Positions 51,234-64,000 are shown, counted from the stretch's first letter. The stretch: DNA of 64,000 nt from Haliotis cracherodii (GCF_022045235.1 NW_027266275.1:25358001-25422000), one strand, 5' to 3'. Notes: generated by a model from the letters alone, not told the origin. Numbers and translations: made by a program.

Positions 51234-51383
51234 AACATATGCTATATTTGGGATAACACTTTCTTAGTAAAGTACATATTCTCGTACTTTTTGGAGGTTC
51301 AGTCCCGTCCGGGATTCGAACCCCAAAAGAGTACGAGAATCTATACTTTACTAAGAAAGTGTTATCCCAAATATAGCATCTGT
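51234..51383. repeat. Near-perfect ~150-bp palindrome
   Basis: Arm atgctatatttgggataacactttcttagtaaagta...ctcgtactttttgg and its reverse complement around a short loop. Confidence 0.9.
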
Positions 51384-52200
51384 TACATTTGACCACTTTC
51401 TAAATGGCATTGTGTATTCTTCCCATTGAACTCTGATCAAGTATTTCCCTTAAGATAATCACGAAAACTGATAAATCTGGGGATTTAGTTTCCCAAAGTA
51501 TATGATTACACAAAACAATTCACTTGACAGGCAAGGTATATCCGCAAACGGGCTATGGCATGTAATTGATGAGTGCATCTTCAGTACGATGTTGAGACAC
51601 TGGGAGAAGTATGACGTATACAGTATTAGATTGATTTGAGGCAATTGCAAGTTGTTTAATCCCTTGGGCTTTCAGCTGAATTCGCCCCTCCCCTACACAC
51701 GTGAAACGCAATCACACACACACAGACACACACACACACACGCGCGCGCACGCGCGCAAATGCACACTCCAATTCACTTTTATGCTGCCTTCTATAGGAT
51801 CTAGCATTTGATATTCTGTGACATTGGGGCTTCTTGAAAAAGATAACTTGTTCCAGAAAACATTAAAAAATGAACCATGTGTTTAGGTTTAACCCTCACC
51901 CCTCATGTCCCTGCAAGTTCTGACAATAATGTGAAAACAAATAAATTAGGTGGGTGGGTAGGTGTGTGTATGTGTGTGTGTGTTGGGGGGGGGGGGGGGG
52001 GGGGGACACTGCGCGTCTTAAAGCAGTGTCCAAGATAACCTCCCAAAACCCCTACATCCCATTTCCCCTACAGCTTAAGACAACAAAGTTCACGGTACAT
52101 GGCACTGCTAATCCCTAGTCTGTTACCTATTTCATACAATGGAACAACCCAAGAAACACGAATAGATTGAGATAAATATGGAATTAAGATTACGATATCA

Positions 52201-52345
52201 TTCAAAATTCATAATACATTATAATAAAATGTTCATTTTTCAAAATTCATAATACATTATGATAAAATGTTCATTTTTCAAAATTCATAATGCATTATTA
52301 CAAAATGTTTATTTTTCAAAATTCATAATACATTATAATAAATTT
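52201..52345. repeat. 38-bp AT-rich tandem repeat, ~3.7 copies
   Basis: caaaattcataatacattataataaaatgttcattttt recurs at 52203, 52241, 52279 and 52317. Confidence 0.9.
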
Positions 52346-52494
52346 CATCTCAAATGTTCAATTCACTCTTTATCCCAGCCTGTCAGTCTCTCGACGTTCT
52401 TAGTGTGAAGATAACCATCAAATAGGACTTGGGGCTTTCCTCTCTGTGACATAACAAACTCAACCTTGCGAAGAACAGCCATGTTGATGTCATG

Positions 52495-53420
52495 TTACTT
52501 ACTTACTTACTTACTTACTTAGGAGATTTAACGTGCGCTTTCCGACTGATGCGTATTTCTCACACGGTCATGTTACTACTTACTTACTTGGGAGATTTAA
52601 CGTGCGCTTTCCGACTGATGCGTATTTCGCAAACGGGCCCGGCCAGGCCATTTAATGTGTTTCCGAAAGGGGCGAAAGTGGTGTGTGCAACCCAAGAGGG
52701 ATAGTTTAGCTTCTTTATCGGCGTTTTCATTACCGTATATTCATACGTGGACGGGTATCCACAAGAAGGTTATTTGTTTGCCTGCTTTTGTTAGGTCGTA
52801 TTTGATTTATTAATTTAGGTCGGTTTGGAGTATTTTTGTTTTGGAGGGCTTGCAGTCCACTTTGGGAGTCGGTAAGTATTAGGATTTTTTTGTGTTTTTT
52901 TTTATTCTTGATTGTGGAGGGCTGAGGCCATGCCCATTAGTTCTGCCGTGAATATTGATTGGTTGTTTGGGAGTCGGAAGGATTGTGTGGTTTTAGTTGG
53001 TTGTGTGGTATGGACTCCGAAACCTGTGTGTTTGAAGGTCGGATCTGAAGATCCGTCCGTGTAAATGTGGCCAATTTTCGTGTATGTATGCTAGTGTGGT
53101 GGTTTTAGTTATGTTTGGGTCGGTTTGTTTATTTATTTGGCTAGCTAGTGTTGTGTCTATTTTGGGTATTTTAAGTTTAGGGGTGAAGATATTTGATTGT
53201 TTGCAGTTTTGTTTAAGATTTTTAATTTGGTGTTCATTGAGGTAGTTTGTTATTCTTTGGGATATTGGGGTAAGTAAGGGGTGTTTACGAGCGAGAGCTT
53301 GGTTTTTGGGGCTGATATTTTGGTTTATTACGTTTTGGATGAGAGGGTTTGATTGGGACGCGGCCCAGAAATTTAAGCTTAGCTGTTCCCTGCGTAGACT
53401 TAGTGGCAACACAAGCCACC
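52495..53420 (-). mobile_element. 3' fragment of an RNase H-bearing LINE (I/Nimb group) with duplicated 3' end
   Basis: Minus strand YTDGS...SIFTAELMG...ILILTDSQSGLQAL. The (taag)n tail and the preceding ~45 nt occur twice (52495-52570 and 52574-52636). Confidence 0.8.
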
Positions 53421-54584
53421 ACACAAGTATTTATAAAACGACCGGGGCAGGAAGTATTCTGGGGGGAGATTTTATTTCGTAGGGTATATTTCGTGATGTG
53501 ATGTGATGTGTAGTTAACACTCTATTCACTGGTTGTCAGGGGGAGTCACCCTTTGTGTCAGCCTGGCTGGGCAGACATGCATGATGGGCCACTGTCACAC
53601 AGCTACACAGCTGGAGAAACCGTCAGTTAACCCGCATTTGTGAAACATAAAATATCTTGAATGTCAGTGCATTCACTGCATTGAATTTACTTTAAGAATA
53701 GTCAGATTAGTTTACCGATATAAGTTGATTAATATATATTTTCTAGTAGGGATTGGTGTTAGAAGAAAGCTATGACACGTCAAATGTTGCCGCTAGGGGA
53801 GCCATAGGTTGGAAATCATGTTTTGAAAGCAATGTTTAGAAGTGTGTCGATTATTGGAAATTATAAGACTGGTCCGTACTATCCACGCTTGATCAGGCGA
53901 AAGAGGGCCCTCTAGTTTGCTAGAAACTTAAACGTTGTCGATTTGATCGATGTCTAGTCGATGGCACGCGGTCAGTTCACTCTTCTCACACACAAAAAAC
54001 CCCAACTATTTAATTGGGTGCAACTGCCTGTTTGTCAGAGTTGTGGACTGATGTAAATAATCCTAATGCTTGTGATTGATATTAAATATGAAATGTGTAT
54101 GTTGAGTGGTGGTGAGGATGTGTGTGTGTGTTGAGTGGTGGTGAGGATGTGTGTGNNNNNNNNNNNNNNNNNNNNNNNNNNNNNNNNNNNNNNNNNNNNN
54201 NNNNNNNNNNNNNNNNNNNNNNNNNNNNNNNNNNNNNNNNNNNNNNNNNNNNNNNNNNNNNNNNNNNNNNNNNNNNNNNNNNNNNNNNNNNNNNNNNNNN
54301 NNNNNNNNNNNNNNNNNNNNNNNNNNNNNNNNNNNNNNNNNNNNTTTTGTTGACATCCAGTCGGATGTTCTATTCGTTGTATATAGTCAACGGACCATGT
54401 CGCTTCTGAGTATAGTCATTACAAAACGAGTATGAACCCGTGTGGCTACCCACCAACTTCAGGGAGTTGAGTTGTAAATGGATACGAGGACTGCTGCTTT
54501 CTCAGGACAACAGGAGGTAAATCTTAAATCGATTTTGTAGCATTAAGTGAGACACTTATCATGGATGCAGTGGTATCTCCTGAA

Positions 54585-54770
54585 ATACCTGTTGTTACCC
54601 TGTCTGGCGCTTGGCATAAAGTGGCTAAAACAAGGACTGGTCGGCTCGGAGTTAGTATAATGTTTCCGAGAAGGGCATTCATTTTAAACTTCGGCATGGT
54701 ATCTCAGTGGGCTAACACTAAAACTTGGCAGCAGTCCGGACTAGTACAAGCATACAGCTGCATGCACCTT
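54585..54770 (+). mobile_element. SINE family A fragment
   Basis: Matches the body of 5417-5752. Confidence 0.85.
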
Positions 54771-55299
54771 GTAGATTCAAATTGTTTTATTCATTGCAAA
54801 CTGAAAGGCCATAGGCCCATAGTTCAAGGTATTTACAAGGCATGGGTGTTTCTTCTAACTAACAATGTATGTACAATGCAATTTTTGGTAATAAAGTAAT
54901 ATTTGACGTTGACATGAGTATGCAAAACAAATTAATATTTGGGAAAGTTATAAACTTCTTTGGAATGTACTTGTTTCTTAATTGACGACAGAGTTTAAAC
55001 ACAAGCATAAAATGATACTCATTTTCTACCACATTAAGGTTACAAGATGTACAGATATTGTTAGACTTTTTAAATATTCCTTTATAGATCTTTAAATCAT
55101 AATATCCTGCTCTGAACTGCGCTAGCGATACTCGAATTGTTTTTATTGTAACATATATTAGATATTCTTCTGGTATAAATTGTTGTTTTAAGAGAGAATA
55201 GGTATATAAACATTTGCTATTTCTTAGTTTTTTCTATCCACATTTGCCGAAAACAATCTTTAGCTCTTTGGAGTAACAAGGACATAAACATCTTGACAT

Positions 55300-55545
55300 T
55301 TCCCAAACCCTGATCCATCCATGCGTATCCAAGGCCTAAACTGAAAAGGGTGACCTTGTAGATTATAACAACCTACCTATCAGGATAGTCAAGATTTTCC
55401 CACAGTGACATCCAGGGATCCTTTGGACTTGTACCTGGACGCCTACATGTTTGAGTTTCTTTTTCTTTGAAAGTGAGAAACTCCAACCCGTTTGAATCTC
55501 CCCAACACATGGATCGATGTTCGTCCCCACCCCTAAGGCCAAAAT
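55300..55545 (-). pseudogene. Crypton / DUF3504-type tyrosine recombinase relic
   Basis: Minus strand translates FGLRGGDEHRSMCWGDSNGLEFLTFKEKETQT...LWENLDYPDR*VVIIYK...WMDQGLG. Confidence 0.6.
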
Positions 55546-55863
55546 GAACTATGTTGTGGTTGGTTTGTTGTTTAGCTCCTCACACAACAATATTCCAGCT
55601 ATTAAACAAAAAACAACAATAACGAAACAAAAAGCCGGATACTACTTAATTTGTGGATAGCATAAAAATAAATCAAAGTTTCGTTTGAGCTGGCATGAAT
55701 ATAATAAAATAATTAGCAAGTCTATGCTCATAATTCTCTCTATTGGTCCCACATGAAATGTTCTTCATGAATACTGTAATTCATTAAGTTAACGCAATAT
55801 ATAGTCACCACATTTATTCGAGTATAGAACAGAACCCTGGCCTAAAATGCGTGATGTAATTTA

Positions 55864-56022
55864 TGAGTAAGTGAGTATGGTTTTGCGCCTTTTTTAGCAA
55901 TATTCCAGCAATATCACGGCGGGAGACACCAGAAATGCGTTTCACACATTGTACCCATCTCGGGAATCGAACCCGGGTCTTCGGCGTGACGAGCGAACGC
56001 TTTAACCACTAAGCTATTCGAC
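55864..56022 (-). mobile_element. SINE family C
   Basis: Reverse complement of 458-626; TSD tgtaatttatgag. Confidence 0.9.
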
Positions 56023-56611
56023 CTGTAATTTATGAGAGTAGCCTTGCAAACAACACCATATACACACAATTCCATAATGTAGTATTGGTTGATAGACGTT
56101 CAACCAAGTAACATCATTTTCTAACTTCAACTATTCATCTAGTTTAGAAAAATGTATGTTACATAGTTAATATGTTCATGGGCTTCTTCACTGAATGTTT
56201 AGTGTGCAGGACTACTTCAGTTACGGAAAAGTAACAACATTTCTTATGTTTTCATGTTAAACATGAGCAGTATGGAGATTATGGAGATTCATGATTTTTT
56301 AACATTGGCATTGTTAACATAATTCTTAATTCTTAAAGATATTAAGTTTCTTTGTTTGTTGTTTAATGCCCCACTCAGCAAATTTAAGTTCAGTTGTATT
56401 ATTAAATTTATATTATTTTGCAATTGTTACAGAGACTTGACAAAGTGATAATAAAATGTATAGTCGCTATGTTTAAAAAGTAAGCATATACTAGAATTAT
56501 CTTCCAGACATAGTGCACACCAAAGGATAATCATATGTCATAACTCTATTGTACGTGGACGTCATCGATATTTGTGTATGTTATAGCTGCATGATTGCAC
56601 TGCAAAAAAAA

Positions 56612-56750
56612 TCCATATATACAAGCTTGTATATCCTTTGGAAAGATGATATATATACAAGATTGGAATGATGATATATACAAAAATATACAAGTTTGTA
56701 TATACGACATATACAAAAATATACAAATTTGTATATATGGTGTATCCAAA
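56612..56750. repeat. ~30-bp degenerate tandem repeat
   Basis: atatacaaaaatatacaagtttgtatat-type units. Confidence 0.7.
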
Positions 56751-59700
56751 TTTGTTTTCTTTGTATATATTGGTAAAGGGAGATAATTATTATGTATTTG
56801 TGTATAATTATTATATATGTGCAAATTGAAGTGTTTTAAGTTGAGCACTGTGTTTCTTTGTAGATGTTGGTAAAGGAGGATAATTGCTGTGTATTGCTCT
56901 ATAATTGTTTTGTATGTGCAAAATAGTATCAGCAAGTTACAAAAAACTGATATAGTGGCGGGTAACATTACTAGAATGTTTAATTAGCACTCCACACTGT
57001 TAGCGGGAGTACATACTGTCCTTGCAATGATATTGACGGGTGGGCGGTTGAGGCGCCTGGTACTTTTCCTGGCGCGGTGCTTGGTATGTGAGTAAATGCA
57101 CAGAGAGGATTAGCTGTCGGGGGCGATTCCACTGGCGGTAACTTCTGTATTGAAAGTGTTGCAGCTTCGATTCGTTTTACGAGGAGGCCGCGTTGTGTGT
57201 TTTAACATGCTCTCGTGCACAATACCAACAGAGTGGATTGCACAGAGGATGAAAACTATTTTATCACTACTTAAAAGTGTTGAATTTGGTTTGTTCTGAG
57301 CTGTCGGTTTCATTGTAGATATACATTGTGATAATGTGAAATCTCGGCGAAAAGCGGAAAATCGCGTTTTGTAAGACGGTAGTCCCTGCAAAAATTATCT
57401 ACAAAATATTATCAAAAATATTTTTTTAAAATACTACAAAAATATTGTGTTGCCGGATTGTCCTGTTTTCGTTCAGAGCGTTCAGCATCAAACATGCCTT
57501 TATTATTATTCATAACACAATCGTCGGATCTTACGTTTCCAGACATCATACGTTTTCTATCATGGATACTTGCACTGTAACGGGGAATGTGGCGTCACAC
57601 ATAAAAACTGTTAATACTCCGATGATGACTATGTTTATGATGAAGTTGTCTTTTATAAGTGAATGAGATGTTGAGCTGGCTTGGTCTAATTGGTATTCAC
57701 TCCCTGGAACAAAAATATTGTTTACTAACATTGTATTATGAGCAACCGGATGCGTAAATAACGTGTGTAATATATTCCCGTATCATATTTTATGATACTT
57801 GTTCTTTTAATATTGTTATCAATGAGAGAACGAAGATTACCTTGAAAAAACACAACAGCATGCATATGTTCTAGCAAAAGGAAACTTGATATATATTCAT
57901 ATGGTGCGAACCATATGTACATCAATAATAATAATAATAATAATACATCATGATGGCAGTTTCAATGTAAAGATTAAGTATTTCTAAAGATATGGAAAAT
58001 AAATCTTGATAACTGCTTTAATCTTTGATCTTTGGGAAAATAATAATGGAATTGGTTGAGTGACTAACGTATTCTACATTAAAAGTGACAGGAACGTGAT
58101 TTACATAATTAAAATATAGAATAATATACAAATTATAAGAGAGGGTTTGTGATTTATTTTGGGATGAAGTCAGTATTTAACTTGCGCTTTCCGACATTAT
58201 GCATATTTCGCACATGGTAAAGAAAAAAAATGCAATTCATTTATTTATAAGAAGTACGAATGCATCAATCCTACATCACAGGACCATGTACATACATTGT
58301 AATTTGTTGAATGTTATTTCGTGAATACACAAATTGCATAACACATTCCCTGAGGACAAACCCAAATTGCCCGTCCCTTTGTGACAGGTGTTAATTAGAG
58401 AATGTATTGCCACCACATGTCCCGGCACTTTTATGACATGTAATGAACCTAGTCAATCCCTGGGTCAGTAATAACAACATGGGTCTAATAAAATCAAAGT
58501 AACATAAATGTAACGTAATTCGAATTAAAAAAATGACTGAAAAAATGTAAAATGACGGTAATATAATTTTTCTTGTTTTCTTGTATTTATGGACGACTTC
58601 ACACAAGCTGAAAAATTAAACATATGTTTATATAGCTATATTTACATACATGGCATTAACATGTAATAATAATATTGATCATGTTTGCTAATTTGTACAT
58701 TTCGTTGTTATTAGTATCCTGAGTATGTTGTAATAATGCATGTGTTCTGATCTTATTTGAGGTAGATTACATGAACTAGAAGAGTGACTTTCTTTCATCA
58801 GCGTGAAAGGATTACCCACACATATACCCTTTAACCTTTGTCATATAGATATCATATCTAACTGGTACTAAAAGTTCACTATCAATCTCCTCTGATAACA
58901 AACTTACATTTAATATCCCCAAGCTACAATACCCAGCATGCTCATGGAGTAATTATGAGAAACCCGAATGATATCCTGTCTACGTGGTCACACCCGGTGA
59001 GTGTTAAGACATTCAGACAGTATGGCAGTCTGTATTCATTTCTTATATCCCAAAAGTCCCCACCAAGCTTCCTTTTATTAACATTGGGATGAGGGGAGAT
59101 ATACATATCATATTGTATTAAATAATACATCAATACATCAAAACAGAACAAACAAGATAGGTCAACAGTGCGGTTGATGGAAAGGGGCTTCCTAAGAAAA
59201 GCTATTTAACTGTTTAATACTTAATACGTGTCTCAAAGTATGTATTAATTCTTACTACTAGTTATTATATATGTGCAAATCCACCCGAACGTCGGATGTA
59301 CATGGCCGAGTTCAAAATAGCTAAATTAGGCACTGTTCAAATTGTTTCCAATAAACCACTGATTAGAAACTCACTTAACCTTTAGAATAGAATCGTTTCT
59401 TAATATATTGTAGTTGGGGCATGTGAAAAAATTAATGCAGTGTACCATTGTGACAGCCACAAGAGCATGCATGATGTGTTATCTGAGATGTGTTTTTTTA
59501 AGCCGATGGAAGTTTAAAGTGACAAAATCTGGTATCATGGCTTAACTGAATATAACATTCTCCAAGTTTAATAATCCTCTTTTTCCGGTGACTATTCCAA
59601 TTATTAATGGTATCAGGTAGGAATGACTTGGTATAGCATTCTGATGTACAACGTATAGCCTGTGAATTGGTTAGATTTCTTTATATGTAATCACTAACAG

Positions 59701-62700
59701 CAAAGATGTTTTCCATCTTGTAAAAAGGTGTAATGGCTACGTTGGTCTCACTATACATTTTCTCGTGGCTTGTACCTCTTATCGCCCCACAAATAGTCCG
59801 TAATCAGTGAGTGGGCAAGGTAAAAATTAACATCTCATCGGCATTATTTCAGCGTCCGTAATGAATTTATGTGTAGACATTCTAGGATTAATTCTTGTTC
59901 TTTGGTACATATATCCAAAACATGGGAGCAAAATATTGGCAATATATATATGCTTGTTCATGACTTATGTAAAAGGGTTTATTTATCTGAGTGAGTGAGT
60001 ATGGTTCACGGCGGTGGACACCAGAAAGGTATTTAAGACAATTAATCATAGGGCTTACCTCTTTAACTCGCCAATATCAGAATCTGACTGAAATATTAAT
60101 ACCAAAGTCCTTTCATTTTAAGATTAGGTTTTGCACTTGGGCACACTTTGACGTGATATTGAACAGTTTTCTTTTTCCCTGGATTAAGTTTTACTTGCAT
60201 TCATTCATTTGGTAATTTTCTCCAAATCGGCATTAATATTTTACGCAGTAGTATTTGGAACTGTCCATTTTGGGAATTGGGTGGACCCCACCGCAAGCAC
60301 AGTAAACAGACATTCCAAGGTGAATAATATGTACTATAGTTTGTTGGCTCGACATGCAAGACTCCATAATTTTAGCTATAAAGTCATAGTAATATTAAAT
60401 TATTTTTTTTATAAATAATTCATTGATGTATTTGACATGAGACTTAGCGACACTCATGTTTTTTTATAATAATGTACAATTTCAAATTTTCAATACATTA
60501 AATCTGTTGCATTAAACAAATTCTTTGATTTGATGTTGTCATATTGTGACTCAATTTGTGTCTAGTCTTCCAAATGTTCTATTGCGAATACATATAGTGT
60601 CAGCGCTCATGATCGCCATATCTATGAATGAATGAAAATATCATCATTCATAAACTTACCTGAGCTCAATATGTGTTCTGAAGACAAATCGCTGTAAAGC
60701 ATCTTGCACGGCTTCGTTCACGTTCACCCTCAAATGTACGAATGGAAAATCTGCGACTGTGCGTGTTCAATGTTCGAATGCATTTTTGCGACAGGCGGTC
60801 GTTTATTTATTAAGATTCCACAAATTCATAAATCACATTGAGTTGCTCGCCTCTTCTCCAGAAGCTCACACTCTCAATTGATGTAGCTGCCTTGGTTAAT
60901 TGGAGTCAGGATAAAACTAATTACAAACTCTGTTCTAATTATGCTAATCGAGGAAGTGCTTTATACTGGATGACAAACTTAGTAATCCTTTCACACTAAT
61001 CTTTGTTTACAATGAACGCATGTCAAATGACTAAATAAACATCCTTTTTTTATTTTCTTAAGTAGAATGGGCGGTGAACACAACTGTTTGTAGAATGATA
61101 GTTTCAGAAAGGAATACAAATACAAATATACAGAAAGGGGTTTAAAATGGAAAGGGTTTAAAATGGTTTCTTTCTTTGCATCCACGCATTGTGCATTGTT
61201 CAAAAACTCCTGAATCCTCATCGACTCCTGAATACTACGATTTTGACGTTGTCATCTTGATCATCAAAACCATCAAAGGCCGCAAAATACAGTAAGCAAC
61301 TTTTCTCCAACTTTTCAATTAAGATGTAGACAAGTAGAACACGTTTAGTAACGATTTAAAAAATTGTGCGAGTTTCTTAGTGTCAATAATTAGTGGAACA
61401 GACTTAAAACAGACATACGAATGGACACGTTATTGAACGTTATATATTTTAGTAACGATGATTAGTTGGAGTGACTAGTATATATTTGCAAAAAATAGAT
61501 TTATAAAAGTTCAGCTTATTAAGTACAATACACCCATCAAATAGAGCTGCATGTGTCAGGGACCCAATCTAGATAGCGCCAACATCTTGAACCGCTGCGC
61601 CGGAAGTAGGTAAAATCAGAAATGATTCGCGTGATACATATATGATGTACATATATGTGAACAGCCTCTCGTTAATAATGCCCTTTAATTGTAGTCATCT
61701 TACTATTTGATCGTTTATGCCACACAAAGCACTAAGTTCCGTTATAAAAATACGGAAAAATGAACAGATTAATCTCATGGACATATATTCAAAAATGGTA
61801 GCATAACGAATGAAGTAATTTTTTTAATTTCCATTCCCATGATACTGTTTAGATGAAACACCGTTAGCAACTTGAATGGGAATAAAGAGTGGTAGCTGTC
61901 ACTAGCCAAAGGATACTAGACTATACAAGAACAGTTTTAGCATCTCACACCGTCCCGACAGGCGCCAACCTCTCAAATATTGCACAACATATATTGATGG
62001 CGTATTATGATATTAATATTACATTGTTTCTTGAATACTGTGCAAAGAATATTTTGTGCGATGACAGGATTCAAAACAAGTATCATTATCTTCTTTGCGA
62101 GGAATTCAGAAGTTGGAGTATTGAGAGAGGATAAGATCACTGGATGAACAACATCACTTGCTTGATAATGGTGTTACAACATACACCTAAGCGTCGCTCC
62201 TTACTGTAATAAAGACGTTGTTCATCAATATACCTTATCTCTATTCAGTTTTCATTATCGCTAAAATTAGACAAAACTGTAAAAATGGTTTAACATTCAA
62301 TGTTATCAATATTAATTAACACAAGTATTGTGGTAGCACAGCTAGTCCCTGTAAATTTTTCATTTAAAAATATAAATAAAAAATCACAGCGCACAGGGAA
62401 ATTGAGCGAGGCTCAATTCGAACGGTATTCCCATGTTATGTTCTGTTTTTCTGAAAATGTACATGAAGCGGATTGTTCAAGAAATTTATATGAAGACCAC
62501 ATGATATTGTAAATATATCTAGATTTTTAGACAGGATAATGCATAGATAATATTCCAACAGTCATAACATGATATCAATAAAATCGACCTGATGTCAAGC
62601 ACATGTTATTTAACAAGATTGCAGTAGTCGTGAATTATAGGTGGATATGTTTGAATTTCCCCTTAGGACTGTGGTGAATGAATTATGGCTCAATTCGGAA

Positions 62701-62769
62701 TAGCTAGTTCAAGAAATGGATGGGATAAATGATAAACATGTAAGGTTCACTGCCAGACATCCCATTAGT

Positions 62770-63740
62770 CTTTAGACTTAAGAATGGAAAGGCTACAGGT
62801 GTGGATGATATTCCTGCCGAAGTGTTAAAAAAATGTAAGTTCAGTTTATTTGTTGTACAGAATTATTAACTATTGCTTTGTAAATGGAACTGTACCAGCT
62901 ATGTGGAACAGCGATATATCCATCCTATTCCTAAGAGCGGTATGAAGGATTTTAGAAACCCTTTGATATCAACTTCAACACCGTTTATAGCTGAGGAATA
63001 TTGGAGTTCGAGGAAAGATATTGAATGCTATCCAGTCGATTGTATGTCGATGTCAATTGTACTGCACATGTAGGAGAATTTCTTACAGTACGTTTTACTG
63101 TTTAACATGGTGTAAAGCAAGGCTGTAAATGATCCCCAGCTATATTTTCTGTGTATGTTAACGACCTTGCTATTAACAATCTCAATTGTGGCGTACTTGT
63201 TGATGAGACTATGCTCTCCATTTTAATGTATGCTGCCGATATTGCATTAACTGCCCCCAATGAATGTTCATTACAATCCATGCTTAATGTACTGCATGAA
63301 TGGTCAACACGTTTGCAACTGTCAGTGAATATGAATAAGACAAACATAATTCATTTTAGAAATCACAACCGAGATCATCGGTTTCATTCCTCTACGCTGG
63401 GCAATCACTGGTCTATGTAGAATCATATCGTTATCTGGGACTACGGGTTGACGAGCATCGAGATATGTGAAACTGTGAAAGAGTTGTACAATTCTGCCAA
63501 CCATGCTTTGTCTTTGTTTTATTCTGTTGGGTGTATGTCTTATGATGTTTTTATGAAACTGTATGAAAGTCTTGTGGAGCCGGTAATGTTCTATGGCTCT
63601 GGTATATGAGGATAAAACGTTAATCTAATCCAAAATAGAGCCTGTAAATTATTTCTTGGTTTTAGTAACGGTACCACTAATGGAGACATGGGTCTCTCCT
63701 CCCCGTTTGTTACATTACATGCTAATGTTTTTAGACTACC
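62770..63740 (+). mobile_element. Highly decayed LINE RT fragment
   Basis: GKATGVDDIPAEVLK, IHPIPK, GVKQGC, YVNDL, ILMYAADIAL, VNMNKTNII, with many stops and deletions. Confidence 0.8.
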
Positions 63741-63806
63741 CCAAGATTAATAACAGTACTTGTAACGCTTTGATGAAGAAAATGGTTACTATGTTAAAGT
63801 TCATGG

Positions 63807-63864
63807 GGCACTCGTGAAGAGCAGCCTCCTCGTGGTGAGTGCTGGGTAACGCTAATAGCTCTTC
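63807..63864 (+). ncRNA. HDV-like self-cleaving ribozyme, minimal P4
   Basis: P1 GGCACUC/GAGUGCU, P2 GAAGAGC/GCUCUUC, P3 GCC/GGU, L3 UCCUCGU, GG for P1.1, J4/2 GCUAA with the catalytic-position C at 63852. Confidence 0.88.
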
Positions 63865-64000
63865 CCCCGTGTGGAACCGGGGTAGAATATTTCCACAGCA
63901 CCCCATTGCTGGTCGTAAAAGGCGACCAAATTGGGCAGCCCGTTTGCCGTGGGTTGCGTCCCTGTGTCGGCGGAGGACGGGAGTCTGGTAGTTGAGGGCA
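63807..64000 (+). mobile_element. Probable 5' end of a non-LTR retroelement running off the window
   Basis: GC-rich segment that begins at the ribozyme G1 and continues with a structured leader related to SINE-like family B. Confidence 0.6.

Noticed and set aside
56970-57400. GC-richer segment with short minus-strand open frames
   Set aside because: No recognisable domain or splice structure.
60655-60800. Minus-strand exon with a strong donor as first exon of arrestin copy 2
   Set aside because: No similarity to copy 1 exon 1. It may be a real exon of something else, but nothing supports a call.

Overview
AT-rich animal genomic DNA, not prokaryotic: it has GT-AG introns, SINEs, LINEs and five N-gaps. 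The SINE repertoire suggests a mollusc, possibly abalone (inference). Four protein-coding models can be assembled by hand. (1) A single-CRD TNF-receptor-like membrane protein of BCMA/TACI/Grindelwald type at ~2.4-4.5 kb (+). (2) A complete 7-exon alpha-arrestin (ARRDC) gene at 11913-21061 (+). (3) An inverted, tail-to-tail ARRDC paralogue at 46225-50043 (-), whose exon 1 probably lies in the gap at 54156-54344. (4) Between the arrestins, a 3-exon type II membrane fucosyltransferase-like gene at 30681-34161 (-). The rest is mostly mobile DNA: a LINE with an intact RT ORF, a decayed DIRS1-type element, two mariners, a Tc1 relic, a Crypton/DUF3504 relic, solo-LTR-like repeats, MITEs and four SINE-like families. 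The most striking unannotated signals are RNA-level. There is a compact 58-nt HDV-like ribozyme at 63807-63864, followed by a covarying pseudoknot that also heads a SINE-like family. The RT ORF is bracketed by identical 182-bp direct repeats, each carrying an antisense U3-A8 minimal hammerhead motif. A 66-bp minisatellite is built from the arrestin's own stop-codon region and has a 12-unit higher-order repeat. All alignments and folds were done by eye.
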